64,000 bases of DNA from Hyphomicrobiales bacterium (GTDB lineage Bacteria > Pseudomonadota > Alphaproteobacteria > Rhizobiales > JAKPQE01): NCBI GenBank assembly GCA_041397845.1, contig JAWKVW010000007.1, forward strand, positions 53,288-117,287, in the 5' to 3' direction. The translations under genes were made by a program, and so were the position numbers. The notes under the pieces are model-generated. The model saw nothing but the letters and a program-made list of their open reading frames with translations. It was not told the origin of the DNA and did no database searches. This document shows, piece by piece, positions 41,445 through 52,126 of this stretch. Position 1 is the first letter of the stretch, and the number at the start of each line of letters is the position of its first letter.

Positions 41445-43080
41445 TGCCAACAGACACTAGAAAAATTGAGAAAATAGAAAACTTGAAATCCATATTCTCT
41501 ATACATGACAGAGAAACAGTAATTTGCATTTCTTTGAGAAATATCATGGGGTTTTCCCGCATATTTTTAATGAAGAAATAGAATCAAAATCTTCCGAGTG
41601 GAATCTAATTCTTCTTTCAATATTTAGAATTATTTCTACAACGTTTTCTGCATGCACATCACCAGGCAAGGAGCCGAGAGATCTGCGGAAGAAGCCATTT
41701 TTTTCTCTTCAAGCCTCCGGCGATCTTTCGAGCACCATGCCTATCGATCCAGATTCTAGTGGATTTCATGAATGCCGCAATGAATGCCGCTAGGGCAGCA
41801 GCTTCATACGATGCGTCTGAACACGCCCTGAGCTCCATAAAACGAACCATGAGCGCCCTTCGTGGAAAGCCACTAGCACAATCTGTATGGAATGAAATAC
41901 AGAAAGATATACAAAATCTATCTAATCCAAATTTTTCAAAAACCTACGCACGACCAGGCTTTGGTCTAGCTATAACGCAACATTGCCAATGAAATTCCTC
42001 GAAATACGGTCAAAACTAATTAACCAACACGAAGATTGGGAAGTGTGGATAGACTGGTATGAGGCGCGCCTGTCGGGTAACCCAATCGAACAAAAACTTG
42101 AAATTGCCCGGGCGACGATCGACGGGGACATTTGGGATCGAGGACCATTTTGTCAACGCGCATATCAAGACGCTGATTGCCAACTTTGCGAAAGACTGGC
42201 ACGACCGTGAGAATACAGACACTGAACCAGCTGCCCAGCGCCCTGCCAGCTACTCATTCTCGGCGAGAGCGGCCGCATCGAGCGCCGCGGCGCGAGGTGC
42301 CGTCAAATCTTGATCTCGCCGGAGCATTCCACAAAGAGGCTGTCGCCAAGGCGCTACAGATTCGCTGCGCATCGGCAGTCGAATGCGCCGTTGCGTCGAG
42401 GCGACCATCGTCCGCCTTCTCGAAGCGCTTGGCGCCGCGCCGGACGATATCGTGCCGGGCATCATCGTCAGCCGGCTGCGCTCACCGAGGGGACCTGAAG
42501 GCCTATGATACGCCGGAAGGCCAGGCCGAATTGTTCCCCAGTGCCATCGCCGAGATGTTCGACCTGCAGATGACGGTCGACGATCTCGTGGCGCTCTTTT
42601 TCCCTCTGTCCGCGACCTTCAGGCGCGTAGGCTGGTTCTCGACATCCAGGCGGCAGATGTGCCGACTGTCGATGCGCTTCTTGCCGAAATCGCCGACGCC
42701 GCAGCGGCATCGGATCTCGTCGCCGCATCGACCGTGCTGGCCTTGACCGATGTCGATCCTGAAGTTGCCCGGCTTTCAGAAGTCATCACCTTTGTCAGCA
42801 ATGAAGACGTCCGCGTCGCGGCGTTGCGCCCGCGCCGACATCGTCGCCGGCAAGGTGCTGGTCTCCCGCAACTTCCTCGGCGCTGTCGTGAAGCTTGGCA
42901 AGACTGTCGGCGATGGCGCCCGCTGGACAGGCAAGCAGGCCGGAAATCGCGGTGAGCAGCCTGAAAGGGCAGAAGGCGATTCCCCGCGGCGTTGAGAAGG
43001 TGTTGAAAAGGCGTCGAGGGGTCGTTTCCGCGCCATCAAAGGCGGGTTTGTGGCACTTGCCGGCGCTTAGCGGCCGTTGA
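41445..43080 (+). pseudogene. Shattered remnant of an unknown, low-GC (foreign-looking) gene
   Basis: Eight overlapping plus-strand ORFs in all three frames (41524-41793 ... 42895-43080) have peptides that continue one another. The most protein-like block is EDWEVWIDWYEARLSGNPIEQKLEIARATIDGDIWD. I cannot name a family. Confidence 0.45.
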
Positions 43081-43391
43081 CGGCACTCGGCGCCCTTGTC
43101 ATGACCTTTAGCCCTTCCGCGCCCGCATCGAGAGCCAGCGGGAGGAGATTGAATCTTCGTTGACCTCGGTGACCGCAAGCTCCGACCAGGATGATGGGGC
43201 GGATAACGACGCTTCCCGGAGGTCGGCTGCCTTTTGCGTCACCTGAAATATTCCAGATAACAAACCTTCAATATATTTCAAAATACCGAATATTCATGAA
43301 ACTACATAAAACTTGATTTGTATAAGTTGTTTTTAGGATTTCCGCCCTCATATGTTACACATAAAGACATCTCCATTGCTGGAGAATAAAA

Positions 43392-43828
43392 ATGAAAAGA
43401 ACGCTATGGAAACGCGAATACGAAATCGGCAACGAGAAAATCGACCGGGAGCATATGCGTCTCGTCATGCTCTGCCGTTCCGTGCATGACGCGATCATGG
43501 TCCACAAGGACGAGGTGATCATGGGTCAGGTGCTGACGGCCCTGCAACTCTATGCCGAAGAGCATTTTCGCGATGAGGAACAGGAGCTCGAGGCGCTGCA
43601 AAGCCCCCTCGCCCGCGCATGAAGACCGCCCATGCGCGGCTGGAGGCACAGCTCCGGCTGATCGTCGAGGGCTTCGGCAAGCAGAGCCACCGGCAGACGC
43701 TGGAAGACCTGCTCGTCTGGCTCGACACCGAGATGCTGCCGCATTTCACCGGCATGGATGTCACCGCGTTCCTGGCGACGCCGGAGGGGCGCAAGTCGCA
43801 CCTGAAGCGCCTCTATTCGGTGGCTTGA
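43392..43828 (+). pseudogene. Bacteriohemerythrin-like protein split by one frameshift
   Basis: ORF 43392-43622 (WKREYEIGNEKIDREHMRLV, EEHFRDEEQEL) and ORF 43619-43828 (KTAHARL, WLDTEMLPHFTGMD) together give the His/Glu/Asp ligand pattern. The shift lies just before 43619. The 180 nt upstream are strongly AT-rich. Confidence 0.65.
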
Positions 43829-43877
43829 GCCGCCTTTCCCCTTGCCTCGACCGGCGTTCGCCGGTACCCCGATTCCC

Positions 43878-46124
43878 ATGGGGAAAAAGCCGATTCTGCC
43901 GCCCGGCGGCGACGTCGAGAATGTCAGCCTGCGCGATGCGCTCGAGGAGCGCTATCTTGCCTATGCGCTCTCGACGATCATGCACCGGGCGCTGCCGGAC
44001 GTTCGCGACGGCCTGAAGCCGGTGCATCGCCGGCTGCTCATGCTGATGCGGCTGCTGAAGCTCGATCCCGGTTCAGGTTTCAAGAAATGCGCCCGCGTCG
44101 TCGGCGACGTCATCGGCAAGTTTCATCCGCATGGCGACCAGGCGGTCTATGACGCACTGGTGCGCCTCGCCCAGACCTTCGCGCAGCGCTATACACTCGT
44201 CGACGGACAGGGGAATTTCGGCAATATCGACGGCGATAACGCTGCGGCGATGCGATACACCGAGGCGCGGCTGACCGAGGTCGCCGGCCTGCTGCTCGAG
44301 GGCATCGACGAGGACGCCGTCGACTTCCGCGCCACCTATGACGGCGAGGAGGAAGAGCCGGTCGTGCTGCCGGCAAATTTCCCGAACCTGCTGGCCAACG
44401 GCTCCTCGGGCATTGCCGTCGGCATGGCGACGTCGATCCCGCCGCACAATGTCGCCGAGCTGTGCGACGTGGCGCTGAAGCTCATCGATGCGCCGGAGAC
44501 GCCGGTCGAGGAACTCGTCAAGATCGTGCCCGGCCCGGATTTCCCGACCGGCGGCCTGCTCGTCGACGATCGCGCGCAGATCATCGAGGCCTATCGCACC
44601 GGCCGGGGCGCCTTCCGTCTCCGGGCGCGCTGGCACACCGAGGAGCTCGGGCGCGGCACCTTTGCGGTGATCGTCACGGAAGTTCCCTATCAGGTGCAGA
44701 AGTCGCGCCTCATCGAGAAGATCGCCGAGCTATTGACGGCGCGAAAGCTGCCGCTGCTGGCCGACGTGCGGGACGAGTCGACCGAGGACGTGCGCATCGT
44801 CCTTGAGCCGAAGAGCCGGACGGTCGACCCGACGCTGCTGATGGAATCGCTGTTCAAGCTGACCGAGCTGGAAAGCCGCGTCTCGCTCAACATGAACGTG
44901 CTGTCGCGCGGCGTCGTGCCGAAGGTGATGAGCCTTGCCGAAGTCATGCTTGAATGGCTCGGCCACCGGCGCGAGGTGCTGCTGCGGCGCTCGCGCTTCC
45001 GGCTCGGCAAGATCGTGCACCGGCTGGAGATCCTCGAGGGCTATCTCGTCGCCTATCTCAATCTCGACGAGGTGATCCGCATCATCCGCGAGGAGGACGA
45101 GCCGAAGGCCGAATTGATGCGGACCTTCTCGCTGACCGACGTGCAGGCCGAGGCTATTCTCAACATGCGCCTGCGCTCGCTGCGCAAGCTCGAGGAAATG
45201 GAAATCCGCCGCGAGCACGCCGAGCTGACGGCGGAAAAGGAAGAGATCGAGTCACTGCTCGCCTCGGACGAGAAGCAGTGGAAGGTCGTTGCCTGGCAGA
45301 TCGGCGAGGTGAAGAAGACGTTCGGGCCGAAGACCGAGATCGGCCGCCGGCGGACGGGCTTCGTCTCCGCCCCGGATCATGGTCAGGAAGACATCCAGCA
45401 GGCGATGATCGAGAAGGAGCCGGTGACCGTCGTCATCTCCGAGAAGGGCTGGATTCGCGCCCTCAAGGGGCACCTCACCGACCTGTCGACGCTGACCTTC
45501 AAGACCGACGACCGGCTCAAGATCGCGCTGCATGCCGACACGCACGACAAGCTGCTGGTCTATTCGACGGGCGGCAAGTTCTACACCCTTGCGCCGGACA
45601 AGCTGCCGGGCGGGCGCGGCCATGGCGAGCCGGTGCGGCTGATGATCGACATCGAGGAAGGGCACGACATCGTCGACATCTTCGTCCACGATCCGGCGCG
45701 CAAGCGGCTGCTCGTCTCGACCGAGGGGCGCGGCTTCATCGTTCCCGAGGCCGACGTCATCGCCAATACCCGCAAGGGCAAGCAGGTGTTCAACGTTTCC
45801 GGCAAGGAAGAAGCGCGACTGGCTGTTCCGGTCGAGGGCGACACGGTCGCAATCATCGGCGAGAACCGCCGCCTGCTCGTCTTCCCGCTGGCGCAAGTGC
45901 CGGAAATGGCGCGCGGGCGCGGCGTGCGGCTGCAGCGCTACAAGGACGGCGGCGTCGCCGACGCGCGCATCTTCCCGCTCGCCGAAGGGCTGACCTGGAC
46001 CGACAGCTCGGGCCGCAGCTTCACGCGCAGCGAGGCCGACCTGAAGGAATGGATCGGCGACCGCTCCGGCGCCGGGCGCATGCCGCCGAGCGGCTTTCCG
46101 CGTTCGAACAAGTTCAGCGGCTGA
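43878..46124 (+). CDS. parC: DNA topoisomerase IV subunit A
   Basis: Track ORF 43842-46124; the likely start is [11 protein letters not shown] at 43878. [22 protein letters not shown] and the active-site Tyr context [10 protein letters not shown] are present. Confidence 0.93.
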   Translation: MGKKPILPPGGDVENVSLRDALEERYLAYALSTIMHRALPDVRDGLKPVHRRLLMLMRLLKLDPGSGFKKCARVVGDVIGKFHPHGDQAVYDALVRLAQTFAQRYTLVDGQGNFGNIDGDNAAAMRYTEARLTEVAGLLLEGIDEDAVDFRATYDGEEEEPVVLPANFPNLLANGSSGIAVGMATSIPPHNVAELCDVALKLIDAPETPVEELVKIVPGPDFPTGGLLVDDRAQIIEAYRTGRGAFRLRARWHTEELGRGTFAVIVTEVPYQVQKSRLIEKIAELLTARKLPLLADVRDESTEDVRIVLEPKSRTVDPTLLMESLFKLTELESRVSLNMNVLSRGVVPKVMSLAEVMLEWLGHRREVLLRRSRFRLGKIVHRLEILEGYLVAYLNLDEVIRIIREEDEPKAELMRTFSLTDVQAEAILNMRLRSLRKLEEMEIRREHAELTAEKEEIESLLASDEKQWKVVAWQIGEVKKTFGPKTEIGRRRTGFVSAPDHGQEDIQQAMIEKEPVTVVISEKGWIRALKGHLTDLSTLTFKTDDRLKIALHADTHDKLLVYSTGGKFYTLAPDKLPGGRGHGEPVRLMIDIEEGHDIVDIFVHDPARKRLLVSTEGRGFIVPEADVIANTRKGKQVFNVSGKEEARLAVPVEGDTVAIIGENRRLLVFPLAQVPEMARGRGVRLQRYKDGGVADARIFPLAEGLTWTDSSGRSFTRSEADLKEWIGDRSGAGRMPPSGFPRSNKFSG

Positions 46125-46188
46125 TTTTCAAAGCAGATTCAACGGCATGACAGCAACCTGGCTGGCTCCGGCGCGACGGGTCGTGGCC

Positions 46189-46665
46189 TCAGCCGCGATC
46201 GCGCAGCAGCCTTGCCTTCTGGCGATCCCAGTCGCGCTGGCGTTCGGTCTCGCGCTTGTCGTGGACCTTCTTGCCGCGGGCGATGCCGATGAGGATCTTC
46301 GCCCGGCCCTTGTCGTTGAAATAGACCTTGAGCGGCACGATGGTCATGCCCTCTTTCTGCACGGCGTCGGCGAGCTTGCCGATCTCGCGCTTGTGCAGCA
46401 GCAGCTTTCGCGGCCGGCGGGTCTCGTGATTGAAGCGGTTGGCCTGCAGGTATTCCGGGATATAGGCGTTGTAGAGCCAGAGCTCGCCGCTCTTTTCGGC
46501 GGCATAGGCATCGGTGATGTTGGCGCGGCCGCCGCGCAGGGACTTCACCTCGGTGCCGCCAAGCACGATGCCTGCCTCGAAGGTGTCGCCGATTTCATAC
46601 TGGAACCGCGCCTTGCGGTTCTCGGCGGCAAGGCGGCCACTCGACTGAGGCTTCGATGCGGCCAT
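46189..46665 (-). CDS. smpB: SsrA-binding protein
   Basis: 158-aa ORF with [18 protein letters not shown] and [18 protein letters not shown]. Confidence 0.95.
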   Translation of the reverse strand: MAASKPQSSGRLAAENRKARFQYEIGDTFEAGIVLGGTEVKSLRGGRANITDAYAAEKSGELWLYNAYIPEYLQANRFNHETRRPRKLLLHKREIGKLADAVQKEGMTIVPLKVYFNDKGRAKILIGIARGKKVHDKRETERQRDWDRQKARLLRDRG

Positions 46666-46727
46666 TGTCTTCGATCATCCCCGGGAGGCGTGCCGGAGGC
46701 CGCGCCTGCGGCCCCCGGCGATCGCGT

Positions 46728-47606
46728 TCAGTTGACGAGGCCGGCGTGGCGCATCGCCTCGCGCACGGTCGCCCGCGTCGCGTCGGACACCGGCACCAGC
46801 GGCAGGCGCACATCCTCGCGGCACTTGCCGAGCTCGGCGGCGCCGAACTTGACCGGCGACGGGCTGGTCTCGACGAACAGGGCCCGATGCAGCGGCATCA
46901 GACGGTCCTGAATGTCGAGCGCCTTCCTGTAGTCGCCGGCGGCGCAGGCCGCCTGGAAGTCCGAGCACAGGCGCGGCGCGATGTTCGACGTCACGGAGAT
47001 GCAGCCATGGCCGCCATGGGCCATGAAGCCGAGGGCCGTGCCGTCCTCGCCCGAAAGCTGGTTGAACTCCGGCCCCATCATCTCGCGCTGGGTCGAGACC
47101 CGGTCGAGCCTGGCGGTCGCATCCTTGACGCCGATGACGTTCGGGCAGTCCTTGTGGATGCGGGCCATGGTCTCGACCGACATGTCGATGACGCTGCGCG
47201 GCGGGATGTTGTAGATGAGAATCGGAATCCCGACGGCGGCATCAATCGCCTTGTAGTGCTGGTAGAGACCTTCCTGGGTCGGCTTGTTGTAGTAGGGCGT
47301 GACCACGAGGAGCCCGTCGGCGCCAGCCTTTTCAGCATGGCGCGCAAGGTCGATGGCCTCGGCCGTGTTGTTCGAGCCGGCGCCGGCGATGACGGGCACG
47401 CGCCCGGCGGCGGCCTCGATGACGATCTCGACGACGCGTTTGTGCTCGGAATGCGAGAGCGTCGGCGACTCGCCGGTGGTGCCGACCGGTACGAGGCCAT
47501 TGGTGCCCTCGGCGATCTGCCACTCAACGAATTCGGCCAGCGCTTTCTCGTCCACCGCCCCGTTTGCGAACGGAGTAATGAGTGCGGTGATCGATCCCAT
47601 GAACAT
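46728..47606 (-). CDS. dapA: 4-hydroxy-tetrahydrodipicolinate synthase
   Basis: 292 aa from [13 protein letters not shown] inside track ORF 46728-47771. It has [17 protein letters not shown] and the Lys context VIGVKDAT. Confidence 0.95.
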   Translation of the reverse strand: MFMGSITALITPFANGAVDEKALAEFVEWQIAEGTNGLVPVGTTGESPTLSHSEHKRVVEIVIEAAAGRVPVIAGAGSNNTAEAIDLARHAEKAGADGLLVVTPYYNKPTQEGLYQHYKAIDAAVGIPILIYNIPPRSVIDMSVETMARIHKDCPNVIGVKDATARLDRVSTQREMMGPEFNQLSGEDGTALGFMAHGGHGCISVTSNIAPRLCSDFQAACAAGDYRKALDIQDRLMPLHRALFVETSPSPVKFGAAELGKCREDVRLPLVPVSDATRATVREAMRHAGLVN

Positions 47607-47859
47607 TGTCGTCGTCCTGTGATTGGCGCATTTGCCTTGATTGGCGAATAGACATCCGCCCGCCGCGCTTTCGTCGCATTCGGCAGGTCGAATGGGCCGT
47701 GAACATAAATCCTGAAATGGGCGGCGGCAAGGCGCGCCTGACGAGTTAACCGGGCGCTTTTCAGTAACCATCCGTTCACCATGCCGCCCTAGGGTCCAAG
47801 GATCGGGGCCGTGCGCGTTGCAGGCCCTTTCGGCAGTTCAACTCGGGGTTTCTTTCGCC

Positions 47860-50031
47860 ATGTCCATCGACCTTCGGGCTACGGGAAGCGTTGTCGTCGC
47901 GCTCCTGACGCTGGCTGCGGCCGGCGGCGAGGCCGGAGCGCGCGAGCAGGCGCCAACGCCCCTCGACCGGCTGATCGGCCGCATGACCGCGCCGCTGCCG
48001 ACGCCGAAGCCCGGCGCCATCCGGCAGGCGGAAATGACGATCCCGATCGACCATCCCCGGCCGCCGCAGCGCCCGGAAGTCGGCCGTGGCGCCGGCCCGG
48101 CGGCGCCGACCGTCGCTGCCCCGGCAACGCCTTCCGGCTCGGTTTCCGGCAGCGTCAAGGACGCCATCAAGGCAGTCCGCAACGACGACATCGCCGACGC
48201 GATCCGACGGCGCAACGGGCTGAAGGACCCGGTGGCGCGCAATCTCGTCGGCTGGCTGATCGCGCGCGAGAACGACCCTGCCGTCAGCACCGCCTTCATC
48301 GCCGACTTCACGACGAAGGCGCCGGCCTGGCCGGTCGATGTCGTCATCCGGCGGCGGGCCGAGCAGGCGCTGGCGCGGGAAAAGGCGACGCCGGACCAGA
48401 TCATCGCGGCCTTTGCCGGCAGCGAGCCGGTCTCCCCGGAAGGTGCGATGGAGCTGGCCCGGGCACATGTCGCCCGGGGCAATCGCGAGGCTGCCGCCAA
48501 GCTCGTGCGTGAAGCCTATATGAACACGCGGATGTCGGACGGCGACGAGCAGGCGCTCGTTTCCGAATTCGGCAGCCTGTTGCGCGGCTCCGACCACAAG
48601 CTGCGGATGGACAAGCTGCTCTATGCCGAGCGCACGGTGCAGGCGCTGCGCGCCGCCAAGCGGGCCGGCGGCAGCAACGTCAAGCTGGCCGAGGTGCGCA
48701 TCGCGGTCATCAAGCGGGCCAAGAACGCCGGTGCGGCGCTCGACGGCGCGCCGGCCGGCGTCAAGAAGGACCCCGGCTACATCTTCTCTCGCGTCCAGTA
48801 TCTGCGCCGGGCCGACCGCATCGAGGAAGCCGCGAAAGTGCTGCTCGGCGCGCCGCGCGGCGGCGCCGCGCTGGTCGACCCGGACGAGTGGTGGGTCGAG
48901 CGGCGGCTGGTGTCGCGCATGCTGCTCGAGGCGGGCGACGCGAAGAACGCCTACAAGATCGCCGCCGCACATTCGGCGGAATCGCCGGAGGATGCCGTCG
49001 AGGCGGAATTCCATGCCGGCTGGTACGCGCTGCGCTTCCTCAACGATCCGGCGACGGCGGAAAACCATTTCAGCCGCATCCTGCAGATCGCCAGCGGCGC
49101 CCGCAGCCGGGCACGCGGCTTCTACTGGCTCGGCCGGGCGGCGGAAGCGCGCGGCAACAACGGCGCAGCGCAGAAGGCCTATGAGTCGGCGGGCCACTAC
49201 AGCACCGTCTTTTACGGCCAGGTGGCGCGGGCAAAGCTCGGCTCGACGTCGGTCGGCATCCCCGGCCTGCCGAAGGCCGGCGCCGGCGGGCGCAGCCGGT
49301 TTGAATCAAACGAGGTGGTCAAGGGCATTCGCATGCTCGGCGACAGCGGCAACATCTCGCTGGCCAACACGCTGTTCCGCCATCTCGCCGAGACGCTGCC
49401 GAACCCGGAGGACGTCGTCCAGCTTGCCGCGCTTGCCGAGCAGTATGGCGACCATCGGGCGGCGCTGCAGATCGGCATCGTCGCCGACAAGCGCGATATC
49501 GGCCTTGAAACACTGGCCTTTCCGGTCAATGCCATTCCGAAGAGCGCCAGGATTGCCGGCGGCGTCGAGCGGCCGCTCGTCTATGCCATCGCCCGGCAGG
49601 AGAGCGCCTTTGACCCACGCGCGGTCAGCGGCGCCGGCGCACGCGGCCTCCTGCAGCTCCTGCCCGAGACAGCCAAGCGCACCGCCAAGAACATCGGCGT
49701 GTCGTTCTCGCGCGACAAGCTGACCGCCGATCCCGGCTACAACGCGACGATCGGTTCGGCCCATCTCGGCGAGCTCATCGGCGAGTTCAACGGCTCCTAC
49801 ATCATGACCTTCGCCGGCTACAACGCGGGACGCGGGCGGGTGAAGGAGTGGATGGAACGGTTCGGCGATCCGCGCTCCTCGCGCGTCGACGAGATCGACT
49901 GGATCGAACGCATCCCGTTCACCGAGACGCGCAACTACGTCCAGCGCATTCTCGAGAACCTGCAGGTCTATCGCGCCCGCATCGAGAACCGGCCGCTCGG
50001 CATCGCCAAGGATCTGAAGCGCGGCGGCTGA
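47860..50031 (+). CDS. slt: Soluble lytic murein transglycosylase (Slt70-like)
   Basis: Track ORF 47818-50031; the likely start is MSIDLRATGSVVVALLTLAAA at 47860. A long helical N-terminal part is followed by the catalytic AIARQESAFDPRAVSGAGARGLLQLLPETA...AGYNAG. Confidence 0.88.
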   Translation: MSIDLRATGSVVVALLTLAAAGGEAGAREQAPTPLDRLIGRMTAPLPTPKPGAIRQAEMTIPIDHPRPPQRPEVGRGAGPAAPTVAAPATPSGSVSGSVKDAIKAVRNDDIADAIRRRNGLKDPVARNLVGWLIARENDPAVSTAFIADFTTKAPAWPVDVVIRRRAEQALAREKATPDQIIAAFAGSEPVSPEGAMELARAHVARGNREAAAKLVREAYMNTRMSDGDEQALVSEFGSLLRGSDHKLRMDKLLYAERTVQALRAAKRAGGSNVKLAEVRIAVIKRAKNAGAALDGAPAGVKKDPGYIFSRVQYLRRADRIEEAAKVLLGAPRGGAALVDPDEWWVERRLVSRMLLEAGDAKNAYKIAAAHSAESPEDAVEAEFHAGWYALRFLNDPATAENHFSRILQIASGARSRARGFYWLGRAAEARGNNGAAQKAYESAGHYSTVFYGQVARAKLGSTSVGIPGLPKAGAGGRSRFESNEVVKGIRMLGDSGNISLANTLFRHLAETLPNPEDVVQLAALAEQYGDHRAALQIGIVADKRDIGLETLAFPVNAIPKSARIAGGVERPLVYAIARQESAFDPRAVSGAGARGLLQLLPETAKRTAKNIGVSFSRDKLTADPGYNATIGSAHLGELIGEFNGSYIMTFAGYNAGRGRVKEWMERFGDPRSSRVDEIDWIERIPFTETRNYVQRILENLQVYRARIENRPLGIAKDLKRGG

Positions 50032-50100
50032 TGCTCGCCGCCCAGCCCTTTCGGCGCCCCGCTTCGTCGGACTGATTCAATCAGGCCGGCGATTGTTCTT

Positions 50101-50303
50101 GAGCGCTGCCGCCTTTCGTTGAATCGCTTCAGTGCTCTAACCCCTTGTTTTTCCCGCATTTCCGGACGGAAAACCGGTTCCCACTTTTCCTGGAAATGCT
50201 CCAGAGCGCTTTCGCCTTCCGTTGAATCGCTTCAGCGCTCTAACTCCTTGTTTTTCCCGCATTTCCGGACGGAAAACCGGTTCCCACTTTTCCTGGAAAT
50301 GCT
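50101..50303. repeat. Two tandem copies (period 103 nt) of a structured intergenic element
   Basis: Copy 1 is 50101-50200 and copy 2 is 50204-50303, differing at only a handful of positions. Each copy has a stem GAGCGCT/AGYGCTC around a GAATC-containing loop. Each also has a long hairpin GCATTTCC-ggac-GGAAAA-(11 nt)-TTTTCC-t-GGAAATGC (50156-50199; 50259-50302). Confidence 0.9.
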
Positions 50304-50341
50304 TTAGGCTACCGGCTCTTCACGAGGGAAGCGAGGCAGCA

Positions 50342-51253
50342 ATGACCGTTTGGCAGGCACAGGATGGCGAGGGCTGGCAGGCTTTCGAGTTCACCTCGGC
50401 GGACGGGCTGCGGCTTTTCTGCCGGGACTATGGCGACAGGCGCCATGCCGCCCTGCCCGTTCTCTGCCTGCCGGGCCTGACGCGCAGCGCCCGCGATTTC
50501 CACGACCTTGCATTGGCGCTGTCGCGCGATCCGGACCATCCGCGCCGGGTGCTCAGCTTCGAGTATCGCGGTCGCGGCCGCTCGGCCCACGATCCCGATC
50601 CGGCGAATTACAACCCGGTCACCGAGGCGAACGACGTCCTTGCCGGGATGACGGCAGCCGGCATCGAGAAAGCCGCCGTCGTCGGCACCTCACGCGGCGG
50701 CATTCTTGCGATGATCGTCGCCGTGCTCCGGCCTGGGGCGCTCGGCGCGGTCGTGCTCAACGACATCGGGCCGGAAATCGACATCACCGGCCTCCTGCGG
50801 ATCAAGGGCTATGTCGGCAAGATGGCGACGCCGCGCTCCTTCGCCGAGGCGGCCAGCATTCTGAAACTGGCGCAAGGCAAGAGCTTTCCGGCGCTTTCAG
50901 ACGACGACTGGATGGCCTTTGCCCGCGCGACGTTTCGCGACGAAGGCGGCGCACCGGCGATCGACTACGACCCGGCGCTGATGGCGACCGTTGCCGAGGT
51001 TTCCGCCGACGCCCCGCCGCCGTCGCTCTGGCCGCAGTTCGAGGCGCTGAAAGACCTGCCGGTGATGGTGATCCGGGGCGAATATTCGGACATTCTCGCG
51101 GCCGACACGGTCGCGCGGATGGCGGCCGCGCATCCCGGCCTCGTTGGCCGCGAGGTCGCCGGACAGGGCCACGCACCGCTGCTCACCGACCCCGTCCTCA
51201 ATCGCGAGATCGGCGATTTCATCGCTGCGGCGGAGGCGAAAACGGCCGGCTGA
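50342..51253 (+). CDS. Alpha/beta-fold hydrolase
   Basis: 303 aa from MTVWQAQDGEGW inside track ORF 50222-51253. It has LCLPGLTRSARDF, the nucleophile elbow VVGTSRGG and GHAPLL. The upstream part of the ORF is read-through of the repeat. Confidence 0.85.
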   Translation: MTVWQAQDGEGWQAFEFTSADGLRLFCRDYGDRRHAALPVLCLPGLTRSARDFHDLALALSRDPDHPRRVLSFEYRGRGRSAHDPDPANYNPVTEANDVLAGMTAAGIEKAAVVGTSRGGILAMIVAVLRPGALGAVVLNDIGPEIDITGLLRIKGYVGKMATPRSFAEAASILKLAQGKSFPALSDDDWMAFARATFRDEGGAPAIDYDPALMATVAEVSADAPPPSLWPQFEALKDLPVMVIRGEYSDILAADTVARMAAAHPGLVGREVAGQGHAPLLTDPVLNREIGDFIAAAEAKTAG

Positions 51254-51285
51254 GCCGGCCGCTTCCCATTGAATTCCCTCGTCGA

Positions 51286-52092
51286 TCAGGCCTTGCTGCT
51301 CGGCACGTCGCCGCTGTCGACGCGCTTCGAGAATGCCGTCTCCTCGCCGCGCGCCAGGCTCGTTGCCTGCGAAACCCACTCCTCGCGCTCGATGCGGCCG
51401 GGGAATGCGAGGAAAGTGCCGACCCAGCGCACCTCCGCCATGCTCCAGGCGGCGATCTGGTCGAAATGGAAGACGCCGAGTTCGGCGAGCTTTGCCTCGT
51501 TGACCTTGCCGATGCCGCGAATGCGCTTCAGGTCATCGGCCTTGCCACCGCGCGGCGCGGCGAGCCCCGTCGGGCGGGAGCCGACCGCGTCGGCCTTGTC
51601 GGCGTTGCTGGCATCGGCCGGCAGCGCGGCAAGGCGGGCGGCGATGTCCGCTTCCTCAGCGTTACCGCCCGACGCGGCATCATCGGCTGCAACGGCGCCG
51701 GCGACCGGAGCGGTCGCGGCGGCAGCGATTTCGCCGGCATCGTCAATCGAGGCGGCAGCGGCGTCGACGGCCGCATCGGCTGTCTCTGCCACCGCCTCCG
51801 GCGCGACAGGCGCGACGGCCACGGCCGGTTCAGCCGCTTCGGCCACTTTTGTCGCGGTGGACAGCGGCACGACGTCGGCGGCAGCGGCGGCGACCGGCTC
51901 GGCAACGACAGGCTGGGCAACGACAGGCTCGGCGGCGACAGGCTGGGCCGGGCGGGCCGCCGGAGCTGCGTAGCCTGAGGCTGCGCCGGCAGTTGCCTTG
52001 CGAACAAACTGGCGGGCAATGCAGCCGAGCACGCAGCCGAGGATGAAGGCCGCGAGGATCAGCAGCGCCGTGTGGATGGTCAGCCAGAACAT
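51286..52092 (-). CDS. Membrane-anchored Ala/Pro/Val-rich protein with a conserved C-terminal domain of about 70 aa (function unknown)
   Basis: 268-aa ORF with the N-terminal TM MFWLTIHTALLILAAFILGCVLGCI, a low-complexity linker, and the C-terminus DDLKRIRGIGKVNEAKLAELGVFHFDQIAAWSMAEVRWVGTFLAFPGRIEREEWVSQA (helix-hairpin-helix-like). Confidence 0.7.
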   Translation of the reverse strand: MFWLTIHTALLILAAFILGCVLGCIARQFVRKATAGAASGYAAPAARPAQPVAAEPVVAQPVVAEPVAAAAADVVPLSTATKVAEAAEPAVAVAPVAPEAVAETADAAVDAAAASIDDAGEIAAAATAPVAGAVAADDAASGGNAEEADIAARLAALPADASNADKADAVGSRPTGLAAPRGGKADDLKRIRGIGKVNEAKLAELGVFHFDQIAAWSMAEVRWVGTFLAFPGRIEREEWVSQATSLARGEETAFSKRVDSGDVPSSKA

Positions 52093-52126
52093 GGCTCAAA
52101 TCTCCCTTGTCGAGTTCGCGGTCCGG

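Noticed and set aside
40526-41581. An intact 351-aa RecO variant with a novel C-terminal extension.
   Set aside because: The extension is an out-of-frame read-through into AT-rich foreign DNA, and the true conserved C-terminus is visible in another frame (41235-41423).
46125-46188. A tmRNA (ssrA) or other RNA gene next to smpB. I also looked for tRNA-like cloverleaves in the larger intergenic regions (31096-31455, 59748-60345).
   Set aside because: The spacer is only 64 nt with no tRNA-like acceptor/T-arm features. The larger spacers show only short hairpins, and nothing I can support as an RNA gene without a covariance search.
50119-50341. ORFs starting MNRFSALTPCFSRISGRKTGSHFSWKC (50119-50307, and the first 40 codons of 50222-51253).
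   Set aside because: They are translations of the two 103-nt repeat copies. The hydrolase has a sensible start at 50342, and the repeat has RNA-like stem structure rather than coding character.
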